From Escherichia phage vB_EcoM-613R2, in the sequence record ON470591.1: a stretch of 26,627 nt of DNA; one strand, given 5' to 3'. Shown in pieces: positions 17,900-26,216 of this stretch (position 1 is its first letter; the number at the start of each line of letters is the position of its first letter). The translations under genes and the position numbers were made by a program. Below the pieces are notes generated by a model. The model was not told the DNA's origin. It saw nothing but the letters and a program-made list of their open reading frames with translations, and did not search any database.

Positions 17900-19442
17900 T
17901 TACCTCAGAAACAGGAGGTGTAATAAGCCCCAACTCACGGCGAGCATTCTCTTCTCTGCCACAGATTTGTGCGGTTTCTTCCCAGTTAAGACCTGACATT
18001 TCAGCCGCTTCTTTTTCACGGGTAGAGAATGTTTCCTCAACACGCAGTTTTGCAGCTTTGACTTCTTTAAGAGGATCTAATTGGCCTTGTGATGGGCCAT
18101 ACCATTGAGCGCCACTCCATGCAGCGCGATATTCAGGCCCATAAAAAAAACCAGGGGCAATAACACGACCTTTAGCAACGGCTTCGGCCAACCATTCCTC
18201 ATAGATCGGTTGGCAAAATGACTGAACCATCCAGTCACGTCGCATACGGAACATTTTCCAGGCTTCAAGTAATGCGGCCCTGCTTGCGCTATAACTTGCT
18301 GTAAAATGCTTTACCAAGAGTTCGTAAGGGAGTTCTAAAGCAGCCCCAATTTGACGGCATATGGCGACAACAAAACCATCAAATGCCGTATTTGGTCGCC
18401 CGGGATTTGCTGTATCTATCGACTCACCTTCACCCAAACTTACTATGGAGCCATTCCCCATTTCTTGGGTGTTATCATCATGGTTATCGATCTGCTCGTA
18501 CTGAGGGATACCCGATTCACCGACTGGCCCATCAGGAGCGTCTGTTTTAATAAAGACAGTAAACATCCCTGACACAACCGCAGCAACCAATTCAGCATCG
18601 GTGTATCGCCCTAACTGCTTCAATGCTTCAATTACAGGAGCAAGGACAGGAACGCCACGGCGTTGCCCAGGCCTTTCAAAATCCTGCATGACATGCAGAA
18701 TATTTCTTCTTCCTGTTTTACTCCCATATGCGGGAATACGTTCCCACTTGCGGGTTACAAAACCAGAAGTCCCGGCTGGGTGATGTTTTGCAACCCAGTA
18801 CGCCACAGGCTCGCTAAATTCACCAACCTCTACGCCACCGTAAAGATTTGGTATAAAACGATCCTCTGGATTGCAAACACGATCACCTTCAATTAAATAG
18901 ACGCACAAATCATATATAACACCCTTACGCTTAATAACTGGTAGCGCAGCAAATATATCGCCAGATGTTAACGCAGATATTTGGACCAATGATTGCAATT
19001 GTCCAAAAGTACACATTCTTGATGCATCACAATTTGGAGAATCAGCCCATAATCTAAACTCACGCTCAACATGCTTTTCCCATGCTCGCGCTTCTTCCTG
19101 CGTCATCCCCAAGAAATCGGCATCAATGTTCGCATTTAGTTTTAAACCGGAACCAACAACGTTTGTCCTGATAGTTTTTATTGCGCCAACAGATAGCGGG
19201 TTTCCCATGAAGAGATCACGAGAACGCTCACGCAATTTATCTATATTTTTAACAATATCATCATCAGGAGAACCAGCTTTACTAAACCAACCCCTTAATG
19301 ATTTTTTATGAGTGCTTGCACCATGACGTGAATATCCAAGGTTATTAATACCTTCAAGTGCTTCTAACCGTTTTCTTGCCAAAGCTCGATTTAATGCCCT
19401 CTGAGGTGAAAACGGCGCAATAACTCGATCAAGAATATTCAT
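17868..19442 (-). CDS. Portal protein (lambda gpB family)
   Basis: 524 aa between the gpW-like and protease genes; ATG overlaps the upstream stop (ATGA). Size and synteny fit a lambda-family portal. Confidence 0.85.
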   Translation of the reverse strand: MNILDRVIAPFSPQRALNRALARKRLEALEGINNLGYSRHGASTHKKSLRGWFSKAGSPDDDIVKNIDKLRERSRDLFMGNPLSVGAIKTIRTNVVGSGLKLNANIDADFLGMTQEEARAWEKHVEREFRLWADSPNCDASRMCTFGQLQSLVQISALTSGDIFAALPVIKRKGVIYDLCVYLIEGDRVCNPEDRFIPNLYGGVEVGEFSEPVAYWVAKHHPAGTSGFVTRKWERIPAYGSKTGRRNILHVMQDFERPGQRRGVPVLAPVIEALKQLGRYTDAELVAAVVSGMFTVFIKTDAPDGPVGESGIPQYEQIDNHDDNTQEMGNGSIVSLGEGESIDTANPGRPNTAFDGFVVAICRQIGAALELPYELLVKHFTASYSASRAALLEAWKMFRMRRDWMVQSFCQPIYEEWLAEAVAKGRVIAPGFFYGPEYRAAWSGAQWYGPSQGQLDPLKEVKAAKLRVEETFSTREKEAAEMSGLNWEETAQICGREENARRELGLITPPVSEVNEQNMETDDA

Positions 19443-19678
19443 AAATCTCTTATCACCACTCGTTTAATTCGTGGGCCTCGGCGTACACCTGCTGATAATC
19501 TTTCTACTTCATTACGCCAGTAATCCATCTCTTTTCTGACTTCTGATAAATCCGCACGAGTTAACTGCCGCGTACCAAATTTATATGACTGACCGCCAAT
19601 AGCAATAGCGCGATATGCTTCCCGCCAGACAGATAACATCTCTCTGGCTTCAGTCAGAGAAAATGCTTCATTGTTCAT
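19439..19678 (-). CDS. Head-tail joining/head completion protein, lambda gpW-like
   Basis: 79 aa small basic protein between the large terminase and the portal, the lambda W position. Confidence 0.7.
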   Translation of the reverse strand: MNNEAFSLTEAREMLSVWREAYRAIAIGGQSYKFGTRQLTRADLSEVRKEMDYWRNEVERLSAGVRRGPRIKRVVIRDL

Positions 19679-19689
19679 TTATATTTCCT

Positions 19690-21546
19690 CTATATGGTTA
19701 CGCCTTTACTTATAACTCTACGGCGTCTTCTACGTATACCTGACGAGTTCTGCACATACACATTACCTCGCATTTCCTGTTCGGCAAGCCAGTTAAAATT
19801 AGGGTTCAGAATTTCCATCGCGGCAGTTGCATAGTTACGGCAATCAAGAGGCTCGTTACGCTCGTAGACTTTCACCCACTTTTCTTTTGTCTGCCCATTT
19901 TTATATTCAAATATTTTTTTCTCTGATAATAATCCTTTAAAGTATTCGGTATCATATCCTCTGTCAGAATCTAATGGGAAATGCATATAACCAGGACCAG
20001 GATCATGTAGTTTAATTCTTGCCATGATGGTCCCTTTACCATCATCAACCCCCAAATTAAACAACATAGCACCCACACGGTTATTATTACTTGGCTTTCC
20101 TATAAATGGTAAACCTACCCCACCACGCCCCCTGATAGAGTATATTCGCCTTGATTCTCTCGGCTTAGTAAAGCGATATACCTCTGTCGTAAAATGCCCA
20201 CCAGAGTCAATACAAACGGAAGAAATCTGTAATTTTCGACCGTCACGGAATGACCAGCTACGGAGTAAGTATTCATCAAGTTGTTTCCAGACAACATCTT
20301 GTGCGGGATCACCTGGGAATATTTTATATTCTATCCCCCATGACTCCTTACCTTTTCCCCAACCGACCAATTCACAAACTAAATACGTGTCCTGTACGTC
20401 AACACCAGCACTTAACAATAAAACATCATCTGGTAAAAACTCTTCAAACCTTATTCTGCGTTGCAACAAGTATTCAGGATCGATATCGTCTTTAGCATCC
20501 TCTTTCCATGGCTCACCCAGCTTAAGGTTAATAAACTCCATTAATCCATTTTTATCGCGGTTTCTGGTTGCTTCCGTAAATTCTTCAACCAGCTCTGACA
20601 ATGCAACCCACGGGGAGTAAAGACTGTTAATATGAAAACCAACAATACCTTTAACTCCAGTATGTTCAGCTATCCATACCCCCTTCGCCAACCAATCAAC
20701 GTCTGGTTTACCAGATCCGCGCATAATCCCGCCGCACTCACAGCACTCATATCTGGCCGTTTCCGGTAACGCCTCACCTGAATCGCTCTTATCCCATCTG
20801 ACTTGCGACCATTTCATCACCTGCATGGTGCCACAACATGGGCAAGGAACATGGTAGTAACGCTGATCGGAGAGCTTAAACCACTTGTGGATTTTGCTTG
20901 TTTCCTCCAAAACAGGAGTAGAAACAAAAACTTTCTTACGATTATGAAAGTTGGTAGTACGCTGAATACCTAGTTTTAGTGGGTCGCCCTCCTGCGTCAC
21001 ACCGTAACGATCAATCTCATCACCTAACAGTATTCGAATTGGCCTGGATGCAAGACCTGCTGGGGAATTAGCACCAACAAGTGCTATATATCCACCAGCG
21101 TAATGCTTCATACGTATAGTCGTGCTGGACTTTTTGGCTGCACCGCGCCCCTCTTTCCCTTCATGCAGCTTGTGTTTCAAACCAGGGGAATATTTGAACG
21201 TCGGATCAATACGCTCTTTTGAAAAAGCCTCAGCCGCCTCTACCGTTGGATAAATCATCAACTGAGGAGATGGCTCCTGATCTGCAAAGTAACCCATAAC
21301 ATTTAGCTGTAATTCGGATTTACCAATTTGCGAGCTACATTGCATCACTACTGTTTCTGTATCAGCGTCACCAATAACATCCATTGGTTCACGCAAATAT
21401 GGCACTCGGCTTGTACGCCACGGCCCTGGCTCTGGAGACGTTCCCGGCGCTACATGACGATACTTATCAGCCCATTCGGAAACAGTTAGCCGTGATTTAG
21501 GGCGAAGCGCACGGAAAAAAGCGGTGCTCCATACTGTTTCGCCCAT
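19690..21546 (-). CDS. Terminase large subunit (lambda gpA family)
   Basis: 618 aa. The N-terminus (TVSEWADKYRHV) resembles the lambda gpA N-terminal region. Cys-rich pairs (CPCCG, CCECGG) are present. Sits between the small terminase and the gpW-like gene. Confidence 0.9.
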   Translation of the reverse strand: MGETVWSTAFFRALRPKSRLTVSEWADKYRHVAPGTSPEPGPWRTSRVPYLREPMDVIGDADTETVVMQCSSQIGKSELQLNVMGYFADQEPSPQLMIYPTVEAAEAFSKERIDPTFKYSPGLKHKLHEGKEGRGAAKKSSTTIRMKHYAGGYIALVGANSPAGLASRPIRILLGDEIDRYGVTQEGDPLKLGIQRTTNFHNRKKVFVSTPVLEETSKIHKWFKLSDQRYYHVPCPCCGTMQVMKWSQVRWDKSDSGEALPETARYECCECGGIMRGSGKPDVDWLAKGVWIAEHTGVKGIVGFHINSLYSPWVALSELVEEFTEATRNRDKNGLMEFINLKLGEPWKEDAKDDIDPEYLLQRRIRFEEFLPDDVLLLSAGVDVQDTYLVCELVGWGKGKESWGIEYKIFPGDPAQDVVWKQLDEYLLRSWSFRDGRKLQISSVCIDSGGHFTTEVYRFTKPRESRRIYSIRGRGGVGLPFIGKPSNNNRVGAMLFNLGVDDGKGTIMARIKLHDPGPGYMHFPLDSDRGYDTEYFKGLLSEKKIFEYKNGQTKEKWVKVYERNEPLDCRNYATAAMEILNPNFNWLAEQEMRGNVYVQNSSGIRRRRRRVISKGVTI

Positions 21547-21551
21547 GAGGT

Positions 21552-22103
21552 TTATTCTTCCTGCTTAATAAATCGGGATTCCTGGAGCGCCTGAAGCGCA
21601 AAATTAATCTCGTCTTCAATAATGCGCTCGATCTCCCTGGCTGTTTTGCCTTCACAACGGGGAGCTGCTCTTGGAGCAATACTAAATAAGCGGCTACGCA
21701 ATTCATTAGCTGCCAGAAATGCATCATCCCTGACCGCATCTTTAGCGATGAGAGAGCCTTCCTTTTCTTCAAATTCAAGGCGTTTCAGCTTTGCCTGATA
21801 AATTTTTTCTGCGGTCTTAGCCTTGTTGAATTGCACCGCAACACCGGAAGTACCACCAGCTAATCCGGCATCATCAGCGGGTAACTCTGGTTGTTCCGAA
21901 GATATCCCATGCCCTCTTTTTCCATTTTCAGCAGATACCTCACGACCAACCTGTCGGCTCGCTTCATAAGCCGCACTGGCTTTATCAAAATCCAGCTTGC
22001 CGCTTTTCAGCACTGGAATGCGACCGGAACGACAGAGCTTCGTAACCATTGCCGGAGAAATACCTTTCCGGCGGGCAAACTCTGACTTACTGACGATGGC
22101 CAT
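21552..22103 (-). CDS. Terminase small subunit (lambda Nu1-like, N-terminal helix-turn-helix)
   Basis: I place the start at the ATG at 22101-22103 (MAIVSKSEFARRKGISPAMV...), which overlaps the upstream TAA (TAATG). The ORF track opens 9 nt earlier at a TTG. The N-terminal HTH followed by PVL.SG.K resembles Nu1. Confidence 0.75.
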   Translation of the reverse strand: MAIVSKSEFARRKGISPAMVTKLCRSGRIPVLKSGKLDFDKASAAYEASRQVGREVSAENGKRGHGISSEQPELPADDAGLAGGTSGVAVQFNKAKTAEKIYQAKLKRLEFEEKEGSLIAKDAVRDDAFLAANELRSRLFSIAPRAAPRCEGKTAREIERIIEDEINFALQALQESRFIKQEE

Positions 22104-22693
22104 TACTTGCAACCATTAGCAAGATACTGAACAAATCCCTCATGCGTTTCATGCGCGTCGTGGTACTGACGATAAACATCCAGCAACAATGCAATTTCCA
22201 TATCCGTCGCGGGAATACGTTCTTTATCAATAGCCAGGTACTTAATTTGAACAACAGGGGAAGAATTATCGTCTTCTTCCTGCGGCTGTTCATCGCTTAA
22301 CATTTCGTCAAGCTCTGCATCATTAAACCCAAGCAGATCAATATCAAAATCATCATCCATTAACTCTTTGACTTCTTCGGCCAGAAGCTGCATATCCCAG
22401 CCAGCATTTAAGGCCAGCTTGTTATCTGCAATCCTGTAAGCCTTCTTCTGTTTTTCAGAAAGGTTACTCAACCGAATCGCCGGAACTTTATCCATTTCCA
22501 GAATTTCGGCTGCTGCAAGCCGCCCATGCCCCGCAATCAGTTCATTCTTTTCATCGATCAGCACAGGATTAGTGAAACCGAACTCACGGATACTGTTCAC
22601 CAACTGTTCAACTTGCTCATCTGAATGAGTCCGTGAATTTTTGGCATATCTGAGCAACTTACCGACTGGTAAATATTCGATTTTTAGAGCCAT
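22103..22693 (-). CDS. ParB N-terminal-domain (ParB-like nuclease/sulfiredoxin-fold) protein, copy 1
   Basis: 196 aa with the ParB-NTD-type core NSRTHS...PVLIDE.NELIAGHGRLAAA and QKKAYRIADNKLALNAGWD. Translationally coupled to the small terminase gene. Paralogous to 25359-25982. Confidence 0.8.
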   Translation of the reverse strand: MALKIEYLPVGKLLRYAKNSRTHSDEQVEQLVNSIREFGFTNPVLIDEKNELIAGHGRLAAAEILEMDKVPAIRLSNLSEKQKKAYRIADNKLALNAGWDMQLLAEEVKELMDDDFDIDLLGFNDAELDEMLSDEQPQEEDDNSSPVVQIKYLAIDKERIPATDMEIALLLDVYRQYHDAHETHEGFVQYLANGCK

Positions 22694-23249
22694 TTTTTAA
22701 CCGCCATAACACAACAGGTTAAAGAAAACTGTTTAACTTATTGATACTAAAAGAGAAAAATGACGATCTTTTTACTCATAAAAAATCACACAAACCAGCA
22801 TAATTATCTGATTTTATTAAGTTTTTATAAGTAAAAAGGATCTTGCGATGGTGTTTTGGTTAAAAGATTGGATGTATTTGCATGATTTATAACGATTTTT
22901 ATCAGAACAACATCACATTGGTTAAAGATCTGCGCGTATCTTGATGATCTAAAAGAAAATTTTCCACTTTCTTTTTACCAGTACAAATACAGAAAAAATC
23001 ACGTTTTCCCGATATTTTTCAATGAGATGAGTAAATTTCTTTTACCGCAACTTTTAACCTAACTTTTTTCACGTTTAGCTAGCCGAATATCGGGGTTCGA
23101 ATGACCCGCATCCAACGCTTTTGGCCAGAAGGACCCAATTCTGCCGGACGATGAAACGATGCTCGTGCTCCCCCACAGACAGCCAGCGAGCGACGCTACA
23201 GAACACAGTGAATACACTCTGCATAACAACACCATCAACCACACGATGA
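22694..23249. other. Long non-coding region of about 556 bp, AT-rich in its lower part and GC-richer in its upper 160 bp; candidate packaging (cos) and/or regulatory region
   Basis: No convincing ORF on either strand: the two small minus-strand ORFs overlap each other and have no Shine-Dalgarno. It is the only large gap in the window and sits upstream of the packaging operon. Confidence 0.4.
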
Positions 23250-23969
23250 TTAACGAGAGAAAGTCTTAGAAAGAATGTCATCAATAGCCTTTGTGACTTC
23301 ATCAGCAAACGCATCCTCACCAGCACGCAGCGCCACGCCATGCCAATCAAGACGCTGCGAATAGTTAGGTTGCTGGATAAACGTAAGGATCAACGTAGGA
23401 CGCCGCCCAACGCGCTGCCAGACGCCTGGTTGAAGCGGGTTACTTGTACCAGGTCGAACAACAAAAAACTCCGTAGGCTTGCCCTGACGGCGATTTTGAT
23501 GCGCATCTCGCTGAACTCTTAGGCCAGATAAGACCTGCTGTAATTGCCCCCGCGAAATATTCCCGTATTTGTCCAGCTTTGCGCCGGGACCAGGAGCAAG
23601 CTGCCAGCCGTTAGGCAAATATCCACCAGCCCTTAGCGCCCCTTCTGAGCGTTTGTACTGTCGTTGTCCACCTTCGATTTGCGGAGTCAACGTTACAGGG
23701 GCTGGCGTTCCTCCCCATTCACGAGCATACACAATGGCTGTAGGATCACTCTTCTTTGCGGCCAAAACGTAAGTAGAGTTCTGAATCCACGGCGTGGGCC
23801 TGTCAAATACCCGATTAATTTCATTCTTAATCGCAGCCTGAGAAGCCTTTGCCGTTCTGGTTGCCGCAAGCGCCATTGCGAACGGCAATTCGCGTTCTTC
23901 AAGGCGCTGGAGTTGTCGTTGAATATCCTGAGAAGAAAAATCCATCTTTATCTCAATTCTGTCAGCCAC
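23250..23969 (-). CDS. Hypothetical protein (239 aa), last gene of a three-gene operon with the ParB/methyltransferase genes
   Basis: GTG start at 23969 preceded by a strong AGGAGG 5 nt upstream; an alternative ATG lies at M9. GC-rich. Gly/Pro/Arg-rich central region. No motif recognised. Confidence 0.6.
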   Translation of the reverse strand: MADRIEIKMDFSSQDIQRQLQRLEERELPFAMALAATRTAKASQAAIKNEINRVFDRPTPWIQNSTYVLAAKKSDPTAIVYAREWGGTPAPVTLTPQIEGGQRQYKRSEGALRAGGYLPNGWQLAPGPGAKLDKYGNISRGQLQQVLSGLRVQRDAHQNRRQGKPTEFFVVRPGTSNPLQPGVWQRVGRRPTLILTFIQQPNYSQRLDWHGVALRAGEDAFADEVTKAIDDILSKTFSR

Positions 23970-23985
23970 CAGCGCCTCCTACACA

Positions 23986-25359
23986 CTACTTAATCAACGG
24001 CCGGAAAGCCGCCAGCACATCATCAGATCGTCCGATTGTTGAACCACCAGGCAACGGCAACTCAAACTCAAAACGAACAGCTTTCTCCAGACTCGCCCAA
24101 CTAAGGGAATCATCGTTAATGACGTGCAAATACCAGCTCTTACAGTTGAATATTGACCGCTTAATCCTGAAACCATGTACACGACACAACTGCTTCACTT
24201 CATCATCAGAGTGAAACTTCTGGTAAAACCAGTGCCCCTTCCGGTACAACGCGGTAAAACCGTTATGATCAATAAAATAAAGCCGGCTTTTGGAACTCGC
24301 CGCTTGTGTTTGCTTCAGGACTGTTTCCAGCTCTCCACGGCTACGACCAGAAAAGAATATTGACCCACCAGCTTTACACAGGCCTTTCAGAACCGTCAGA
24401 ACGGACCATTCAGCCTCGACACTATCGACCGAGTTCAAAACGCTATCGCAAATCACGTAGTCGTAACGCCCTCGCGTTTTTAAGTCGTCCACCAGCGTAT
24501 CAATCATCCGGTTTGTTGCGGTCCTATCCAGAGTGTTTCCAGCGCCCTTACGGCGGAAAAGCTCGAGATCATGCAGGTTATATCCCTTTGCCCTGAGCAT
24601 TCGCGCGTAGTCTCCCTGCCCCGAACCAAAATCAATTCCTCTTGGCGTCTTGGCGATGATCGGGAGGATCAACGACTCATACAGGTTTGATTTCAGGCTG
24701 CCACCATTACGCAACCGCATAAGCTGCGCATACGTCTGGATGTATGTTGTTTTCTCCAGATGAGAATACTCAAATACACCATAAGTTTTATTCAGATAAC
24801 TTTGGTATTTTCCCTTCTCAACATCAGGGATCACAAACACCGTTAGCGGTGTGCGCGTCATCTTCGCTGCTAATGCATACTGAGCACAGTGAATAACCTC
24901 GCCAGACTGAGTAGCAACACAACCACCCCACGGACCATACTTGATAACCAGTTCCGCTATGTTCTTTCGAACATATGCCATTTTCGCGCGCATATTGCCT
25001 GAGATCTGGCTTGCCGATACCTGAACAAAACCATGCTTATCTTCCAGACCGGACACCCTGCAACGCTCATCTCCGCTATCAAAATCCGTTCCGTTATGCA
25101 GTTGGTTAAACCGTACTTCGTCGTATACCGTCGTTTCACAGGGCAACACATACACCGCAGCACGCGTTATTCCCAACTTACGTAGCGCCTTCGTCCTTTG
25201 GTGTCCCGCCACCAGCAAATCGCCACGCACTATCAATGGCTTCACAAGCCCCAGCTCCCTGACGCTTTCCGCCAGCCTCGCAAGATCATCCTCACCGATA
25301 AAACGCGGGTTATATTCCGCGCCACGTAGGTGCGTTATGTCGTAATTGAGGTGAAGCAT
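23986..25359 (-). CDS. Fusion protein: N-terminal ParB-like domain plus C-terminal class I SAM-dependent methyltransferase domain
   Basis: I place the start at the ATG at 25357-25359, which overlaps the upstream TGA; the track opens at a GTG 6 nt earlier. N-terminus has a ParB-NTD-like LVAGHQRTKA. C-terminal half carries Rossmann methyltransferase motifs: motif I GIDFGSGQGDYARML, an acidic residue after beta-2 (NLHDLEL), YDYVICDSVLNSV, and LKGLCKAGGSIFFSG. No DPPY/NPPF amino-methyltransferase motif seen. Confidence 0.75.
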   Translation of the reverse strand: MLHLNYDITHLRGAEYNPRFIGEDDLARLAESVRELGLVKPLIVRGDLLVAGHQRTKALRKLGITRAAVYVLPCETTVYDEVRFNQLHNGTDFDSGDERCRVSGLEDKHGFVQVSASQISGNMRAKMAYVRKNIAELVIKYGPWGGCVATQSGEVIHCAQYALAAKMTRTPLTVFVIPDVEKGKYQSYLNKTYGVFEYSHLEKTTYIQTYAQLMRLRNGGSLKSNLYESLILPIIAKTPRGIDFGSGQGDYARMLRAKGYNLHDLELFRRKGAGNTLDRTATNRMIDTLVDDLKTRGRYDYVICDSVLNSVDSVEAEWSVLTVLKGLCKAGGSIFFSGRSRGELETVLKQTQAASSKSRLYFIDHNGFTALYRKGHWFYQKFHSDDEVKQLCRVHGFRIKRSIFNCKSWYLHVINDDSLSWASLEKAVRFEFELPLPGGSTIGRSDDVLAAFRPLIK

Positions 25360-25982
25360 CAGCACACCTCCCCAGCCAGCAATGCGGATACAAATCCGAT
25401 ATAGCTGCCATTATCATCAACATAACGAGACACCGCGCAGTCAAAACGATCCGCTTCCTCATCCGTTGCCGGGATTTTATGACCTCCAAATGACAGGTAC
25501 TGAACTTTTACGCCTGATTTGGCCTCATCCTTCTCAAATGGGATATCCATACCCTCTGTGTCATCGTAGACCGCCGCACTCAATAAGTTATCCAGTTCGC
25601 GCTGAGTAAAACCAATTGAGTCCAGAGCAAAATCATCGGCCGCAAGATCTGCAAGCTCCGCGCTTAACAGCTCTTCATCCCAACCAGCATTCAGCGGAAT
25701 ACGGTTGTCGGCCAGACGATATGCCTTCTTCTGATTCTCCGTTAGCCCTTCCAGAACAATGCAGGGAACGTCATCCATCCCCAACTGAGTGGCCGCAGCA
25801 ATTCGACCATGACCAGCAATTACAACGTTGTTCTCGTCTATCAGGATCGGATTAGTCCATCCGTACTCCTGTATGCTGGCAACAATCTGATCTACCTGCT
25901 CCACGGAGTGTGTGCGAGCGTTCTTTTCATAACCAATCAACACAGAAAGTGGTAAAGAAACCACATTAAGATGTTTTGTCAT
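25359..25982 (-). CDS. ParB N-terminal-domain (ParB-like nuclease/sulfiredoxin-fold) protein, copy 2
   Basis: 207 aa. Collinear similarity to copy 1 (NARTHS...NPILIDENNVVIAGHGRIAAA...QKKAYRLADNRIPLNAGWD...K.QYL....KIPATD). ATG at 25982. First gene of the three-gene operon. Confidence 0.8.
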   Translation of the reverse strand: MTKHLNVVSLPLSVLIGYEKNARTHSVEQVDQIVASIQEYGWTNPILIDENNVVIAGHGRIAAATQLGMDDVPCIVLEGLTENQKKAYRLADNRIPLNAGWDEELLSAELADLAADDFALDSIGFTQRELDNLLSAAVYDDTEGMDIPFEKDEAKSGVKVQYLSFGGHKIPATDEEADRFDCAVSRYVDDNGSYIGFVSALLAGEVC

Positions 25983-26127
25983 GCCGTTTATCCGCTAAAA
26001 TCCCCTCGCTTGTGCAAGCAAGTGGGCCTCGGTTTGTATCCACGGCACCCTGTGGGTATGAATGACTGTCGTCAGGTCGCAACTGACGGCGGTCGCCCAC
26101 CTTCCAGTAATAAAAAAGCCACCAGCA

Positions 26128-26153
26128 TTAACTCCACAGCGAGCTGGAGTTAA
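26128..26153 (-). terminator. Candidate stem-loop downstream of the 26217-26627 gene (9 bp stem, 8 nt loop), with a T-run about 10 nt further downstream on the minus strand
   Basis: TTAACTCCA-CAGCGAGC-TGGAGTTAA is a perfect inverted repeat. On the minus strand it is followed by TGCTGGTGGC then TTTTTTATTA. The T-run is not adjacent and the stem is AT-rich, so terminator function is uncertain. Confidence 0.3.
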
Positions 26154-26216
26154 TGAGGCAGCTTTGGTTTGCGCATTATCGCAGCCCCTGATAAGCACAA
26201 GAGCTGCTGTAATGCG

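Noticed and set aside
20024-20620. 198-aa plus-strand ORF
   Set aside because: It lies entirely antisense within the large terminase gene and has a low-complexity Ser/Pro/Thr-rich translation. This is a typical shadow ORF of a strongly coding opposite strand.
23094-23102. GGTTCGAAT, a tRNA T-loop-like motif, suggesting a tRNA gene or a tRNA-derived attachment site
   Set aside because: The flanking bases do not form a 5 bp T-stem around a 7 nt loop, no acceptor stem with CCA context can be built on either strand, and no integrase is nearby. An isolated motif is insufficient.
23059-23350. Two overlapping minus-strand small ORFs (61 and 91 aa) in the intergenic island
   Set aside because: They overlap each other in different frames, lack ribosome-binding sites and have Cys/Leu-rich low-complexity translations. 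More likely non-coding sequence (possible cos or regulatory DNA).
23986-25359. Calling the methyltransferase domain a Dam-type or N6/N4 DNA methyltransferase
   Set aside because: I could not find a DPPY/NPPF/SPPY catalytic motif; the fold looks like a generic class I SAM methyltransferase. Substrate is left undetermined.
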